Under the pieces are notes generated by a model, which did not search any database, had not been told where the DNA came from, and saw nothing but the letters and a program-made list of their open reading frames with translations. Below, one piece after another: positions 26,831 through 39,389 of a DNA stretch of 64,000 nucleotides. Origin of the DNA: Mobula hypostoma (Eukaryota); NCBI RefSeq assembly GCF_963921235.1, contig NC_086097.1, positions 88,662,001 through 88,726,000 on the forward strand, in the 5' to 3' direction. The first letter of the stretch is position 1; each line of letters opens with the position of its first letter. A program made the position numbers and the translations under genes.

Positions 26831-28622
26831 TAGAACATAGAACATAGAAAACCTACAGCACAATAGCCCTTTGGCCCAAAAAGCTGTGCCGAATATTTAC
26901 TTACTTTAGAAATTACTAGGGTTACCCATAGCCCTCTATTTTTCTAAACTCCATGTACCTATCCGGGAGCCTCTTAAAAGACCTTATTGTATCCACCTCC
27001 ACCACCATTGCCGGCAGCTCATTCTACACACTCACCACTCTACGTAAAAAACTAACCCCTGACGTCTCCTCTGTACCTAGTTCCAAGCACCATAAAACTG
27101 TGCCCTCTCGTGCTAGCCATTTCAGCCCTGGGAAAAAGCTTCTGACTATCCACATGATCAACGCCTCTCATCATCTTATACATCTCTATCAGGTCACCTC
27201 TCATCCTTCATTGCTCCAAGGAAAAAAGGCCAAGTTCACTCAATCTATTCTCATAAGGCATGCTCCCCAATCCAGGCAACATCCTTGTAAATCTCCTCTG
27301 CACCCTTTCTATGGTTTCCACATCCTTCAAACAATGAGGCGACCAAGACTGAGCACAGTACTCCAACTGGGGTCTGACCAGGATCCTATATAGCTGCGAC
27401 ATTACCTCTCAGCTCCTAAACTCAATCCCAAGAAGGCCAATGCACCATATGTCTTCTTAACCACAGAGTCAACCTGCGCAGCAACTTTGAGTGTCCTATG
27501 GACTCAGACCCCAAGATCCCTCTGATCTTCCACACTGCCAAGAGTTTTACCATTAATACTATATTCTGCCATCATATTTGACCTACCAAAATGAACCACC
27601 TCACATTTACCTGGGTTGAACTCCATCTGCCACTTCTCAGCCCAGTTTTGCATCCTATCAATGTCCTGCTGTAACCGCTGACAACCTTCCACACTATCCA
27701 CAACACCCCCAACCTTTGTCATCAGCAAATTTACTAACCCATCCCTCCGCCTCCTCATCCAGGTCATTTATAAAAATCACAAAGAATAGGGGTCCCAGAA
27801 CAGATCCTTGAGGTACATTGGTACATTGGCCTTTATTAATCAAAGTATTGAGTATAAGAGCTGGAATGTTATGAGGTTGCATAAGGCATTGGTGAGGCCG
27901 AATCTGGAGTATTGCATTCAGTTTTGGTCACCAAATTACAGGAAGGATATTAATAAGGCTGAAAGAGTGCAGAGAAGGTTTACAAGGATGTTGCTGGGAC
28001 TTGAAAAGCTCAGTTACAGAGAAAGGTTGAATAAGTTAGGACTTTATTCCCTGGAGTGTAGAAGAATGAGGGGAGATTTGATAGAGGTATATAAAATTAT
28101 GATGGGTATAGATAGAGTGAATGCAAGCAGGCTTTTTCCACTGAGGCAAGGGGAGAAAAAAAACAGAGGACATGGGTTAAGGGTGAAGGGGGAAAAGTTT
28201 AAAGGGAACATTAGGGGGGGCTTCTTCACACAGAGAGTGGTGGGAGTATGGAATGAGCTGCCAGACGAGGTGGTAAATGTGGGTTCTTTTTTAACATTTA
28301 AGAATAAATTGGACAGATACATGGATGGGAGGTGTATGGAGGGATATGGTCCATGTGCAGGTCAGTGGGACTAGGCAGAAAATGGTTCGGCACAGCCAAG
28401 AAGGGCCTAAAGGCCTGTTTCTGTGCTGTAGTTTTTCTATGGTTTCTACACCACTGGTCACCAACCTTCATGCAGAATATGACCCGTCTACAACCACTGT
28501 TTGCCTTCTGTGGGCAAGTCAGTTCTGGATCCAGAAAGCAATGTCCCCTTGGATCTCATGCCTCCTTACTTTCTTAATAAGCCTTGCATAGGGTACCTTA
28601 TCGAAAGCCTTGCTGAAATCCA
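26831..28622 (-). mobile_element. CR1 LINE 3' part, interrupted by a second CR1
   Basis: (tagaaca)n tail; [29 protein letters not shown] on the minus strand; resumes after 28448. Confidence 0.9.
27818..28448 (+). mobile_element. Young CR1 3' end nested in the opposite orientation
   Basis: 188-aa open RT C-terminus; flanks rejoin as gaggtaca|ccactggtc with a short TACA duplication or microhomology. Confidence 0.9.
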
Positions 28623-29074
28623 TTGTCATCACCCATTTTGTCCCTCTACAGTATCAGCTCAGCTGAATTCACCAAAATTTCTCCTCACCAGAATCCCCCT
28701 CTCCCCTACCCCCTACTAACGCCTTATTAGCTTAGAGCCTTATCTAGGATTATAGTTATCCTATTTGTTAACTTGGAGATCCTGGCTTGATTCGAGTGAA
28801 GTCTGTCCTAGTGGAGCAATTGCCTCTTTACTCACTACTGGTGTCAGTGCCTCATGAATTAAAATCCATTCTTCCCATTTCAATCTCTGAGCCACGCAGT
28901 TAGTGTATAGCTCACCAAAATCTCTTTCTCAAAATCCACAATTAATAGACACTACACACATTGAGCACTGTGCCTTGGCTAAAATATATTGTGTCTTAAC
29001 AGAAACTGCAGATTTTTATCCCCAAGTTCTGGTAGTTTTGAGTGAAATATCTTTTGTTAATCAATTTCAACTGG

Positions 29075-29190
29075 ATAATATTATTTATAATATATTATTA
29101 TATATTATTATTATTTATAATATATTATTATATTATTTATATTATTTATTATTTATAATAATATTATTTATTCTTCATAATATTATTTTA
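29075..29190. repeat. AT-rich low-complexity / (TAT)n tract
   Basis: Almost entirely A/T with TATTA/ATTAT units. Confidence 0.85.
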
Positions 29191-29641
29191 CCAGTAAATA
29201 TGTAAGTTACAGGATTAACAAGATCTAACATTTAAACTAAGTTCAATAATTGCACTTTCAAAATAAAATCACCTCCTTACTCAATAAACTATGGACACTG
29301 AAGTCGTGGTCATGCTTATGTTCTGTACCTCAGCCCTTGAGCTGGTATGGGATCCTCTTCAGTTTTTGAGGTAAACAAACCACTTACATTTTCAAAGAAC
29401 AAATTAGGTGCATTATCAGAATTTTTTCAGTCCCGGGATTTGTGTGATGGCCAGAAATATTATAAAAGTTAAATTTCACATCTTCTTGGAGAAAGTAGAT
29501 GGCTTTGAAGAAGACACTTATACAATACACCTTGCATTTGTTATAACAAAAAAAAACAATTAATTGGGATAATTTCTGGGAAGGAAGAAGTATATATTTT
29601 AAGAAGGTTATTAATTGTTTCATTTTTTTTAACCATCATAG

Positions 29642-29706
29642 CGATCTACCTGTGCAAGCGGACAATGCAGAACAAAGCAAGACTGGAACTTGCAGATTAT
29701 GAAGCC
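29642..29706 (+). CDS. RGS6: RGS6 internal exon (DHEX), 65 nt
   Basis: catag|CG...GCC|gtaggt; (A)[21 protein letters not shown]. Confidence 0.95.
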
Positions 29707-29869
29707 GTAGGTATACTAGTTTTATAATCAGCATTATGATATTGTAACACCAATCATTTCTTTTGAACACCACAGTGTGGATTCTATTCAGACCTTGCAC
29801 CGACATATATTAACAATAAAAAGCTGAAACCTGTTTTCTGTTGTAACTCAACGACTGTTCATTCTACAG

Positions 29870-29946
29870 GAAAATTTGGCCAGGTTGCAACGAGCTTTTG
29901 CAAGAAAGTGGGAGTTCATCTTTATGCAAGCAGAGGCCCAAGTAAA
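29870..29946 (+). CDS. RGS6: RGS6 internal exon (DHEX), 77 nt
   Basis: ctacag|GAA...GTAAA|gtacgt; [25 protein letters not shown](K). Confidence 0.95.
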
Positions 29947-31019
29947 GTACGTAACTCTCAACTTTGTGAATATATAAAGTGAACATAAACATTAGAAAAT
30001 AACAGATCTCTTATTACGTGTGCAAGCTGATCTCATATGCCATTACTTTTATATGATCTGACCCCAGAACATGATTATAATATTTAACTGATAACCAGAA
30101 CATGATTATAATATTTAGCTGTGTTCAGGACTGCCCATGGGGAATTGCCCCTGGATATGACCTGAAGTCAATTAGAGTTTACCCAGTTGATTGACAGCAA
30201 GTCTTTCTAGGTTACCTGGTCTCGCTTGCAAACCCAGAATAAAAAGGAACAAGAAATAACTGGGATTTCTGTCTTCAAGTGTTCAATTTAAGATTTGTGA
30301 CTCATTGATGTTTTTATGTAATACTTGGAAAATGATGGACACTTATAACTTTGAATGTACAAGTCATTTCAGAAAAGCAAGGAAAACATTTTACTGCCAT
30401 TCAGTTGAGCTTCTGCTGGGTTAATTGGCTTTAACCTAACTATTAACCACAAAATATATTTCCTTGCGTTATTTTTTTATCCTAGGGAACATAATAGTCA
30501 GAGCAAGAAAGTGCTGTCATGATCCGCCCAGAATCACAGGAGCAGAAGGAGAGTGAGAGAACAGTAGTATTAGTGGATTTATTAGCTAGGTGAGCAGACA
30601 GGCATTTCTTTTGCAATAGAAAGCAAATCCAGGATTACTCTCTGGAGTTGTGCTAACAAATATAGAAATAGGAAGACAGAGCAAATAAATAATGGCTGAA
30701 AAGATGGTACAGAAAGGAGGGTTTCAGATTTCTGAAACATTGGGACTTTCTCTAGAGAAAGTGGGGCCATTACAAGTCAGTTCTTTTCACTTTAACAGGA
30801 CCAGATCCAATATTCTCTTGCGGGAGAAGGTAGAAGAAGAGGATGGGGATGTGGAATTGGAGGTTTCCAGGACTTTTACTGGGGCTTAAACTAATTTGGT
30901 AAAGTGATGGGAATCTCAGAGGGAATTCAGGAAGGACAATAACAAGAGTTATAAAAGGAGTACACTGAATAAAGAGGCAAAACACAGGCAATCAGTAACT
31001 AGGGGCATAATATTGAAAT

Positions 31020-31995
31020 ATGTTAAAAGGACAAAATTAAAGATACTTTATATAAATGCACACAACATTCACAATAAAGATGATGAATTACTGACACATA
31101 CGAGTAAATCATTATGATATAATTGTTGTTGAGGAAACTTCCGGCTGCAGAACAACCAAAGCTAGTAGATGAATATTCAAAGTTGTTCAACATTTATGAA
31201 GGACAGTCAAAAATGAAAAGGAGGAAGGTGATGGATTTTGGCCTTGTGATTCAAGGTTCTTTTAGAAGTCAGGAAGGAGGCACAAAACTTCTGCTTCATG
31301 ATTGTTTTATTAAGAATTGATAGAATGAAGGAAACAGAACAGATAGTGACAGGAAAAGCTAAGATTAAAGAAAAGAGAAAGTAAGGATAGTGCCTAGCAT
31401 AGAATAGCTATGTTTATACCGGCAGATAAGAAAATTCCATTCAAATCTATAGATAATAATAAACCAATTAGAAAATACTTAATCAATTCTGCAGTAAAAA
31501 TAACCAATGAGAAAACACCTATTCACTTAATGAAGTACAAAGAAGTTTTCATATTTATACTTGTATAGCATCTAGAGGCATATTAAACTGTTATGCATAT
31601 AAGAACTACTTAAAATGCAAGTAGATAATTAATTGTTAAACTGCAAAGAAAATGACAATTAAACAGTCAGCACCAACAAGGGGTAGTACTGTTAATGAAA
31701 GATGAGAACATTGCAGTATTGAAAAGCGATCTTGGCTCAGCAGGTCATCATGTAGAATTAAACTCATTTTAAGTGGAGCTCAGACGCACCAAACTGTGAT
31801 GGGAGTTACTTATAGACTACAAAATAGTAGTTGTCATGTCTGGCGTGGCATAAATCAGGAAATTAGAGATGGGTATAACAGGTATAATACAGTAATTGTG
31901 AGATCTTTACTTCACATTGAGACTGGATAGGTCAGATTAGTAATAATAACATGGAGGATTAATTCATGGCTATACAAGATTGTTTTCTAGATACC
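31020..31995 (+). mobile_element. Old CR1 endonuclease-region remnant, split by a solo LTR
   Basis: LYINAHNI-type start, GV.LL and VELR-like motifs, GVTYR. Confidence 0.6.
31229..31678 (-). mobile_element. Solo LTR (about 450 bp), same family as 19259-19719
   Basis: TG...CCAACA ends; shared blocks caaggttctttt.gaa.tcaggaa, tttattaag, ttccattca, aaaatgcaagt...taattaattgttaaa; imperfect TSD AAGG/AGGG. Confidence 0.65.
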
Positions 31996-32991
31996 TAGAG
32001 AAACTGACTATGGAAAATGTATTTTAGACCTAGTCTCCAACTGCTGTTATTAAAGGACATGATTGATGGCCGATACATTATGAGAGCAGCATCCACAGAA
32101 CATAAGTAAAACAAGAAGCAGGTCTTTCTCACGCACACTCCACTATCCCGTACCATCAGTCTGGAAGAGAACATCTCCCAATCACAGCATATATGTTGAT
32201 TCAATCTCACCTTTCTTTGTATCCACAATGAATGAGAACTTCCATTGCTAGCTGCTCCATTGTGCATTACTTCCCACCCATGTCCACTCCTTAATTTCAG
32301 GCAACGGAAAGGAGAAAAGCCCTTACCCTTTTCCCATTGAATCTTCAATAGTCAGGGGTTTCCTCAGATCTCACTAAATTGTGTTTAAGACATTTCATAT
32401 TAGCTATATTCTCCTCTAGAAAAAGTCAAGTGACTTTTATTAGGAATAATAAACATTAATCTTATTTAAAGGTTAATTCGAGATTTAGGTTTACTACCTT
32501 TGTGAACTTAAACTATCCAAGACACTAATTTAGATTTATCATCAGCTAAGTTTTTCAAGAACAATAATAACACAGAAAATAATGGAGATACTCCACAGTC
32601 CAGGTAGCATTTCTGAAGAGAGGAGCAATGTTTTCATTTCAGGCTGATAATGTGTTGGATATTTCCCATACTTTCTTGTCTAGTGTAAATCCTGGCCCCA
32701 TTTATTTGGACTTGGGAAAATTGGGCACCACAAGTCCATAACATAATTGATACTTGAGGGGAAGGACAATGTAGTGATGCAGTATAGAGAATAGAAAAGA
32801 GGTGGTTGACAAGTATGTACACTCTGACTTAATTTCATTACTCATCTCAGACAGAACGGAAGATAATTTGTGAAGAAGAAACACTGTTGAACTTCAGTAA
32901 CTGTTATTTTTGCAAGGATTAATTCCAACCATGAAATAGCAGTCCCGTAAATGTAGTGTTTCCTTTGGAAGTTGATATCATTTTCCTTTAG

Positions 32992-33073
32992 AATTGACAG
33001 AAAGAAGGATAAAACGGAACGTAAGATCCTAGACAGTCAAGAAAGAGCATTCTGGGATGTCCACCGACCAGTT
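32992..33073 (+). CDS. RGS6: RGS6 internal exon (DHEX), 82 nt
   Basis: ctttag|A...GTT|gtgagt; [27 protein letters not shown]. Confidence 0.95.
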
Positions 33074-33291
33074 GTGAGTATATCTGAATTTTTACAAGAA
33101 TTCCTTGAGTATTTGATAAAGTCACAATTCCAAGCTCTATGCTACTAAGCAAGGAGCCTCAGCTGAACTTCTTAATTATATCATAAGTATAAATGTGCTG
33201 ATTTTAGACCATAAATTAAAGTTGACAGAAATACATGGATGAAAAAATCTGCAGATGCTGGAAATCCAAGGCAACACGCACAAAATGCTAG

Positions 33292-33633
33292 GTCCATAAG
33301 ATATAGTAGCAGAAGTAGGCCATTTGGCCCATCGAGCCTGCTCCGCCATTCAATCATGGGCTGATCCAATTCTTTCAGTCATCCCCGCTACCCTACCTTC
33401 ACCCCATACCCTTTGATGCCCTGGCTAATCAAGAACCTATCTATTTCTGCCTTAAATGCACCCAATGTCTTGGCCTCCACAACCGCTCATGGCAACAAAT
33501 TCCACAGATTTACCACTCTCTGACTAAAGTAGTTTCTCTGCATTTCTGTTCTAAATGGATGTCCTTCGATCCTGAAGTTGTGCTCTCTTTTCCTAGACTC
33601 CCCTACCACGGGAAATAACTTTGCCATATCTAA
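33292..33633 (-). mobile_element. CR1 3' end acting as the target of the Penelope insertion (resumes 35180-35200)
   Basis: KLFPVVGESR...FRTEMQRNYFSQRVVNLWN; CR1 3' UTR. Confidence 0.85.
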
Positions 33634-33728
33634 ACAACAGGAATTCTGCAGATGCTGGAAATTCAAGCAACACACATCAAAGTTACTGGTGAATGCAGCA
33701 GGCCAGGCAGCATCTGTAGGAAGAGGTG

Positions 33729-33766
33729 CAGTCGACGTTTCAGGCCGAGACCCTTCGTCAGGACTA
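33729..33766 (-). ncRNA. Minimal type I hammerhead ribozyme motif (antisense arm)
   Basis: Exact reverse complement of 35067-35104. Confidence 0.72.
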
Positions 33767-35066
33767 ACTGAAGGAAGAGTGAGTAAAGGATTTGAAAGTT
33801 GGAGGGGGAGGGGGAGGGATGGAGCCAAGAGCTGGACAGTTGATTGGCAAAAGGGGATACGAGAGGATCATGGGACAGGAGGTACGGGAAGAAAGACAAG
33901 GCGGGGGGGGGACCCAGAGGATGGGCAAGAGGTATATTCAGAGGGACAAAGGGAGAAAAAGGAGAGAGAGAGAAAGAATGTGTGCATAAAAATAAGTAAC
34001 AGATGGGGTACGAGGGGGAGGTGGGGCCTTAGCGGAAGTTAGGGAAGTCGATGTTCATGCCATCAGGTTGGAGGCTACCCAGACGGAATATAAGGTGTTG
34101 TTCCTCCAACCTGAGTGTGGCTTCATCTTTACAGTAGAGGAGGCCGTGGATAGACATGTCAGAATGGGAATGGGAGGTGGAATTAAAATGTGTGGCCGCT
34201 GGGAGATCCTGCATTCTCTGGAGGACAGAGCGTAGATGTTCAGCAAAGCGGTCTCCCAGTCTGCGTCGGGTCTCGCCAATATATAAAAGGCCACATCGGG
34301 AGCACCGGACGCAGTATATCACCCCAGTCGACTCACGGGTGAAGTGTTGCCTCACCTGGAAGGACTGTTTGGGGCCCTGAATGGTGGTACATGCCCTTAC
34401 ACTTCCTCCCTTACCACCATTCAGGGCCCCAAACAGTCCTTCCAGGTGAGGCAACACTTCACCCGTGAGTCGACTGGGGTGATATACTGCGTCCGGTGCT
34501 CCCGATGTGGCCTTTTATATATTGGTGAGACCCGATGCAGACTGGGAGACCGCTTTGCTGAACATCTACGCTCTGTCCTCCAGAGAATGCAGGATCTCCC
34601 AGCGGCCACACCTTTTAATTCCACCTCCCATTCCCATTCTGACATGTCTATCCACGGCCTCCTCTACTGTAAAGATGAAGCCACACTCAGGTTGGAGGAA
34701 CAACACCTTATATTCCATCTGGGTAGCCTCCAACCTGATGACATGAACATCGACTTCTCTAACTTCCGCTAAGGCCCCACCTCCCCCTTGTACCCCATCT
34801 GTTACTTATTTTTATGCACACATTCTTTCTCTCACTCTCCTTTTTCTCCCTTTGTCCCTCTGAATATACCTCTTGCCCATCCTCTGGGTCCCCCCCCGCC
34901 TTGTCTTTCTTCCCGGACCTCCTGTCCCATGATCCTCTCGTATCCCCTTTTGCCTATCACCTGTCCAGCTCTTGGCTCTATCCCTCCCCCTCCTGTCTTC
35001 TCCTATCATTTTGGATCTCCCCCTCCCCCTCCAACTTTCAAATCCCTTACTCACTCTTCCTTCAGT

Positions 35067-35104
35067 TAGTCCTGACGAAGGGTCTCGGCCTGAAACGTCG
35101 ACTG
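35067..35104 (+). ncRNA. Minimal type I hammerhead ribozyme motif in the Penelope pLTR
   Basis: UAGUC-CUGACGA-AGGGUCUCGGCCU-GAAAC-GUC^GACUG: stem I AGUC/GACU, core CUGANGA and GAAA, palindromic ACGU in place of stem III. Confidence 0.75.
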
Positions 35105-36212
35105 CACCTCTTCCTACAGATGCTGCCTGGCCTGCTGCGTTCACCAGCAACTTTGATGTGTGTTGTTTGCCATATCTAATCTGTTCGGGCCTTTTAACAT
35201 TCGGCCCTTCAACCCCGATCCACCATTCAATAAGATTGGAATTGATCTGATTGTAATCTCAGCTCCGCATTGCTGCCCACCTCTAAAAATCTTTCACCTT
35301 TTCAAAAACCTGTCTACCTCTATTTTAAAAATATTCACTAGTACTGTTTCCACTGCCTTGGGGGTGAGAGTTCCAAAGATTCAAGACTCTCTGGACGGGA
35401 GAAAAATCACCTCATTTCTGTTAAATAGGTGACCATTTGTTTTAGAAAGTAACCCCTAATTTTGGATTTTCCAACAAGAGGAAACATTTTCTCCACTTCC
35501 AACCCATCAAGATTCTTCAGGTTGAAGTGATGCTCCAGTGCAATTAAATCATGTATTTTAGCTTTTCTTCCATCATCTGCAATTAGCTATTGTAAATTTG
35601 TCTTTGTGTACGTTCAGCAGGAGAGTTGGGTTGGGTAAGAGTCAGGAGAGTTCGGTTGGGTACAAGTTGATAGGATTGCAAGAGGGAAAGTGTTTTAATA
35701 TGGTTGGGTGCTTTATGGTCAGTATGGAAATGGTGTGCCAAAAGATCTGTTTATATGTTGCTTGACTCTATGTGAAGCTATATATTCATTTCTATCTCTC
35801 AAAGTTCTTACTTCCATTGTGTAATTATTTTGATATGTGGATATTTTACTGTGAAGGAATTTCAATCTAAATATGAGTGCCTTATTCCTTACTAATTTTG
35901 ACAACTCTTCTCATAATTTTGAAATTACAATCAGATTGCTGTAAATCACTCACATCTGACTTGGGTAAGAGAAAAGTCCTGTTTCTATTACAGATATCCA
36001 GCATGTACAGTTTGATTGATTCTCATTTATGCATTATGGCTATTGGAGGGTACTGATATACATGCAAGGGTTTGTCCCTCCAGATGTAGAAAGGAGGAAA
36101 ATAGTAAAGATATTGACTGGAAATTGAAATATAACTAGCAATGAAAAATCGAATGGTCATTGACTCTCACAGGATCTTTTACTTAAATTCTCCTTTGCTG
36201 TCCTTTCTGCAG

Positions 36213-36287
36213 CCTGGCTGTGTGAACACCACAGAAATGGACATCAGGAAATGTCGTAGGATGAAAAACCCCAACAATGTAAAAAAG
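36213..36287 (+). CDS. RGS6: RGS6 internal exon, 75 nt
   Basis: ctgcag|CCT...AAG|gtgtgt; [25 protein letters not shown] ([10 protein letters not shown] is RGS6-type). Confidence 0.95.
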
Positions 36288-36879
36288 GTGTGTTCAAGCA
36301 GCCTGCTCATAATTTACTGTGTGCGTAGTAAAATTCTAATAAAACAAATCACTACCTTTTCCTGCCACTCCAGCTTTCTTCAGTCTGATCTGGAACAGGA
36401 ACCTTGATTAGAAGCAGTTAGAACCCTGTTGTGCTGATAACTAGAACTACAACTACAAGAGCTTCCAAAACGACACAGTAAATTCTACTTAACATCTGTT
36501 TTCATTCCTTAGTGAAGCATGGAACCACTTCTGTTCATAAATTAATTGCTGTTTATTACGGAATCTTCTGTTTAGGATTTCCTCATCTTTGTGTGTGTAC
36601 GTGTTTAAGTACAAGAGAATGGTGTGTTTTTATTTTTTTAAATGAAAGCATTGATATGCAAATAACATGCAGTTTTGACAGAAACATTTGTCCATATTTC
36701 AATGACTCAAAGCACATTTATGTATAAATTATACACCTTGAGAGCCGTCTGCTTACAGGCAGCCCGAATAACCCGATTTAAAAAAAGAAAGGCCAAACAA
36801 CTGCACAGAGAAAGGGAGAATGAAAACACAAATCATGCAAACAATAGAAGCAAGCCAACAGTGTTCTGAATCAGACTGA

Positions 36880-37459
36880 GGCTACATCCACACGAGACCG
36901 GATAAATCCGTAACCGAAGCTTTTTCTCTTCGTTTTGTCCCTCCATCCACACTGAAACGGCGTTTTCCTCCCCCGAAAACAGAGCTTTTCTAAAACGCTC
37001 TCCAGAGTGTGTAAATCTGAAAACGCCAGTTGGGCGGTGTACCGTGTACGGGGTAACCGGAGCTTTTTAAAACCGCTGTCATGACGTGCCGGAACAGACG
37101 GTGGTGGCAGCGCGGCATTTCATTGTTTTCTTGAACGCAACCCCCCACACCATAACTTGCAGAAGCAGCTCAACTTCATCATCTGTCCAAAAGAAGTCGT
37201 CCGTTCTGCTTTTTCCAGTGGAGGTTTTCTTTGTATTCCTCGAAGACATTGTTGAAAACGTTCTTTCGCTGCTGTTGTAGGTATTCTAGTTTTTGACCAA
37301 TGGAAATAGCACAACGCCGCCGCAAAAACGGAAATAGTATACCGTTTCCTCTTCACTTGTTTTCTGTAGATGTGTCCTGCGCATGCCCAGTAGGAGGAGA
37401 TTTGCCCAAATACCCATTTTAATGTGGACAGAGGTATTTTCAAAAACACCTGGTGTGGA
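36880..37459. mobile_element. Probable Harbinger-type MITE with a damaged right end
   Basis: Starts GGCTACATCCACAC after TGA; ends ...GTGTGGA; CpG-rich with repeated AAAACG subterminal motifs. Confidence 0.5.
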
Positions 37460-38699
37460 ATCCTACCATTTTTAGAGCAGCCAGAGAAGGCCCAAGCCAA
37501 ACCTCGGTCCCAGTTCATCACCCCAGCAGGGCAAAAATGCACAGCAACTGTATCAGTTCACAGCCTCGGCGCCACAGTGAAAGGAATGAGCATACACGGG
37601 AGAGCAAGCACAGTCAGCCTGACCCTCGCCTCCAGCCCCAATAATCGGGCTTCCAGTCTATCTGTGCCGGTGTTTAAATTATCCACGCAACGGATAGTGC
37701 TTCGTTGTAGGATCCAAGCAACAGCTCCATGATATGCTTGGGCCAGCCAGCCCAAAGCCACTCTCGATCTTACCAAATCAGCTTGGCACTTGGAGCGATT
37801 CAGCCTTGCAGCCAAGTTAGGTGGCCAGGCATCGAAACTCTTCCGCATCGACTCCTCTCCAAATCGCTCACTCCAGCAGTGATACCAACTCCATCTGCGA
37901 CCCCGGCTCAGGCATGTTGTGCCTCACAATGTTCATCATCCCCCAACCAAATATCAGCACGGCTGATCCCCCAAACCAGCCTCGCCTCCACCTGCCTCCT
38001 CACTGTCTGCAGCAATAGTTCACCACAATTCGCTTCGGAAAAGATGTTATAAGTAATGTTTTTAGTCATTTTCTTGCCTTTAAAGCTACCAGTAAGCAGT
38101 TGCACGCCTTTGGTAGAACCATCTTAAACCAGAAACAATAGATGCATAAAATAGTGGGAGGAAATCTCTCTTTACGACGATGGTTCTTGACTTTTTTCAG
38201 ATTCACTACAACTAAATCCAGACATATAAAAAATCTCTGGAAATAGTGGAAGTAAGAATACTGAAGGATTGTATTTTGGATATACTCAGCAATTGGACAT
38301 CCATAGGGTAAAGAATTCTAAAACACCTGACAGATGCTTCTTTAGGACCGAGTTTTCTTTAAAATGCTCTATGCAAAGGGGTTGATATGGCTCTGTTGCT
38401 GAAAATAATCAAGTCAGAAATCAATAGATTTTTTGATACTAATGGAATCGAGGGAGTAGTAGTCAATTTGATATATTGTTGGCAAAATGTGAAAAATAAG
38501 CTGTTGATTATATGACTCCCTTGGCATGTTATGACATATTGCAAAGGCAATAATCATTTGTAAGCAGCAGGCTTTTGGAGATGCGATCTTAGGTCACGCT
38601 TTGAAATTCATAATTTTGAACAAAGTAGCACTCATTTTGTGACACGATTTGATGATGAAATATTAGTGATTTGCATTACTGTATTTTCTTTTCTTTCAG

Positions 38700-38798
38700 T
38701 CAGTGTATGGGATTTCTGAAGATTTACAGACACACAGCCCTGCACATACAGTCACACAAACAGCTAAGAAACCTGCAAAAGATGATCTGAAGAAACAG
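38700..38798 (+). CDS. RGS6: RGS6 internal exon (DHEX-GGL linker), 99 nt
   Basis: tttcag|TCA...CAG|gtaacg; SVYGISEDLQTHSPAHTVTQTAKKPAKDDLKKQ; phase 0-0 fits both neighbours. Confidence 0.92.
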
Positions 38799-39139
38799 GT
38801 AACGTAAGTCTAGACAGAGCTATTCTCGGTTAATGCACATGTGGATACTCAGTCAGTTTCATAATCTACATCTACCTGGCTCACCTGTCAGTCTAATTTC
38901 TGAGCTCTCACAGACTGAACCTGCAAACTAACCTGAGTGCATTGCCAGAAGGTGATTTGTTATATGGCATTAATCAGATTTGTCCCTCCAGCATAAAATG
39001 AAGTTTTATTTATTGATGCATACATTTTGGATTGGATGTACTGTATATATGGTCAGAATGTTGGCCTCAAGTATGATGTATGTGGTAGCTGGAACTGCAC
39101 TAATGTGCTGTCTCAATAACTATTTCTTTCTACTTCCAG

Positions 39140-39201
39140 ATAACATTTTTGAATTTCCAGCTCGACAGACATTGTTTAAAAATGTCCAAAGTAGCAGAAA
39201 G
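39140..39201 (+). CDS. RGS6: RGS6 internal exon (GGL N-terminal part), 62 nt
   Basis: ttccag|ATA...GAAAG|gtaagg; ITFLNFQLDRHCLKMSKVAE(S). Confidence 0.95.
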
Positions 39202-39389
39202 GTAAGGGCTTTTCTCAGTAAGGTTCCTGCAAAAAAAAAAGTCTGATCGGCTGATATTTTCAAAGTAGTTCTGATTAAAAGGATAGTCATCTATAAGTTC
39301 AGCTGAAAATTCAAGGGAAACTTCTTTATCCTGTGGAGTAAGAAACTCTAGAACTTACTACCATAAAGAAAATAAGAAGAAACAGGATA

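Larger units (their letters stand above)
33634..35165. mobile_element. Penelope-like element, inverted (palindromic) 3' portions encoding a GIY-YIG endonuclease C-terminus
   Basis: Both arms encode GVIYCVRCSRCGLLYIGET.RRLGDRFAEH; exact 14-bp TSD TTTGCCATATCTAA (33620-33633, 35166-35179). Confidence 0.92.

Noticed and set aside
30064..30121. 31-bp tandem duplication ccagaacatgattataatattta
   Set aside because: Simple two-copy local duplication with no sign of function
34029..34772. Two overlapping 142-aa host genes on opposite strands
   Set aside because: They are mirror readings of the Penelope GIY-YIG fragment; the start codons come from the opposite arm
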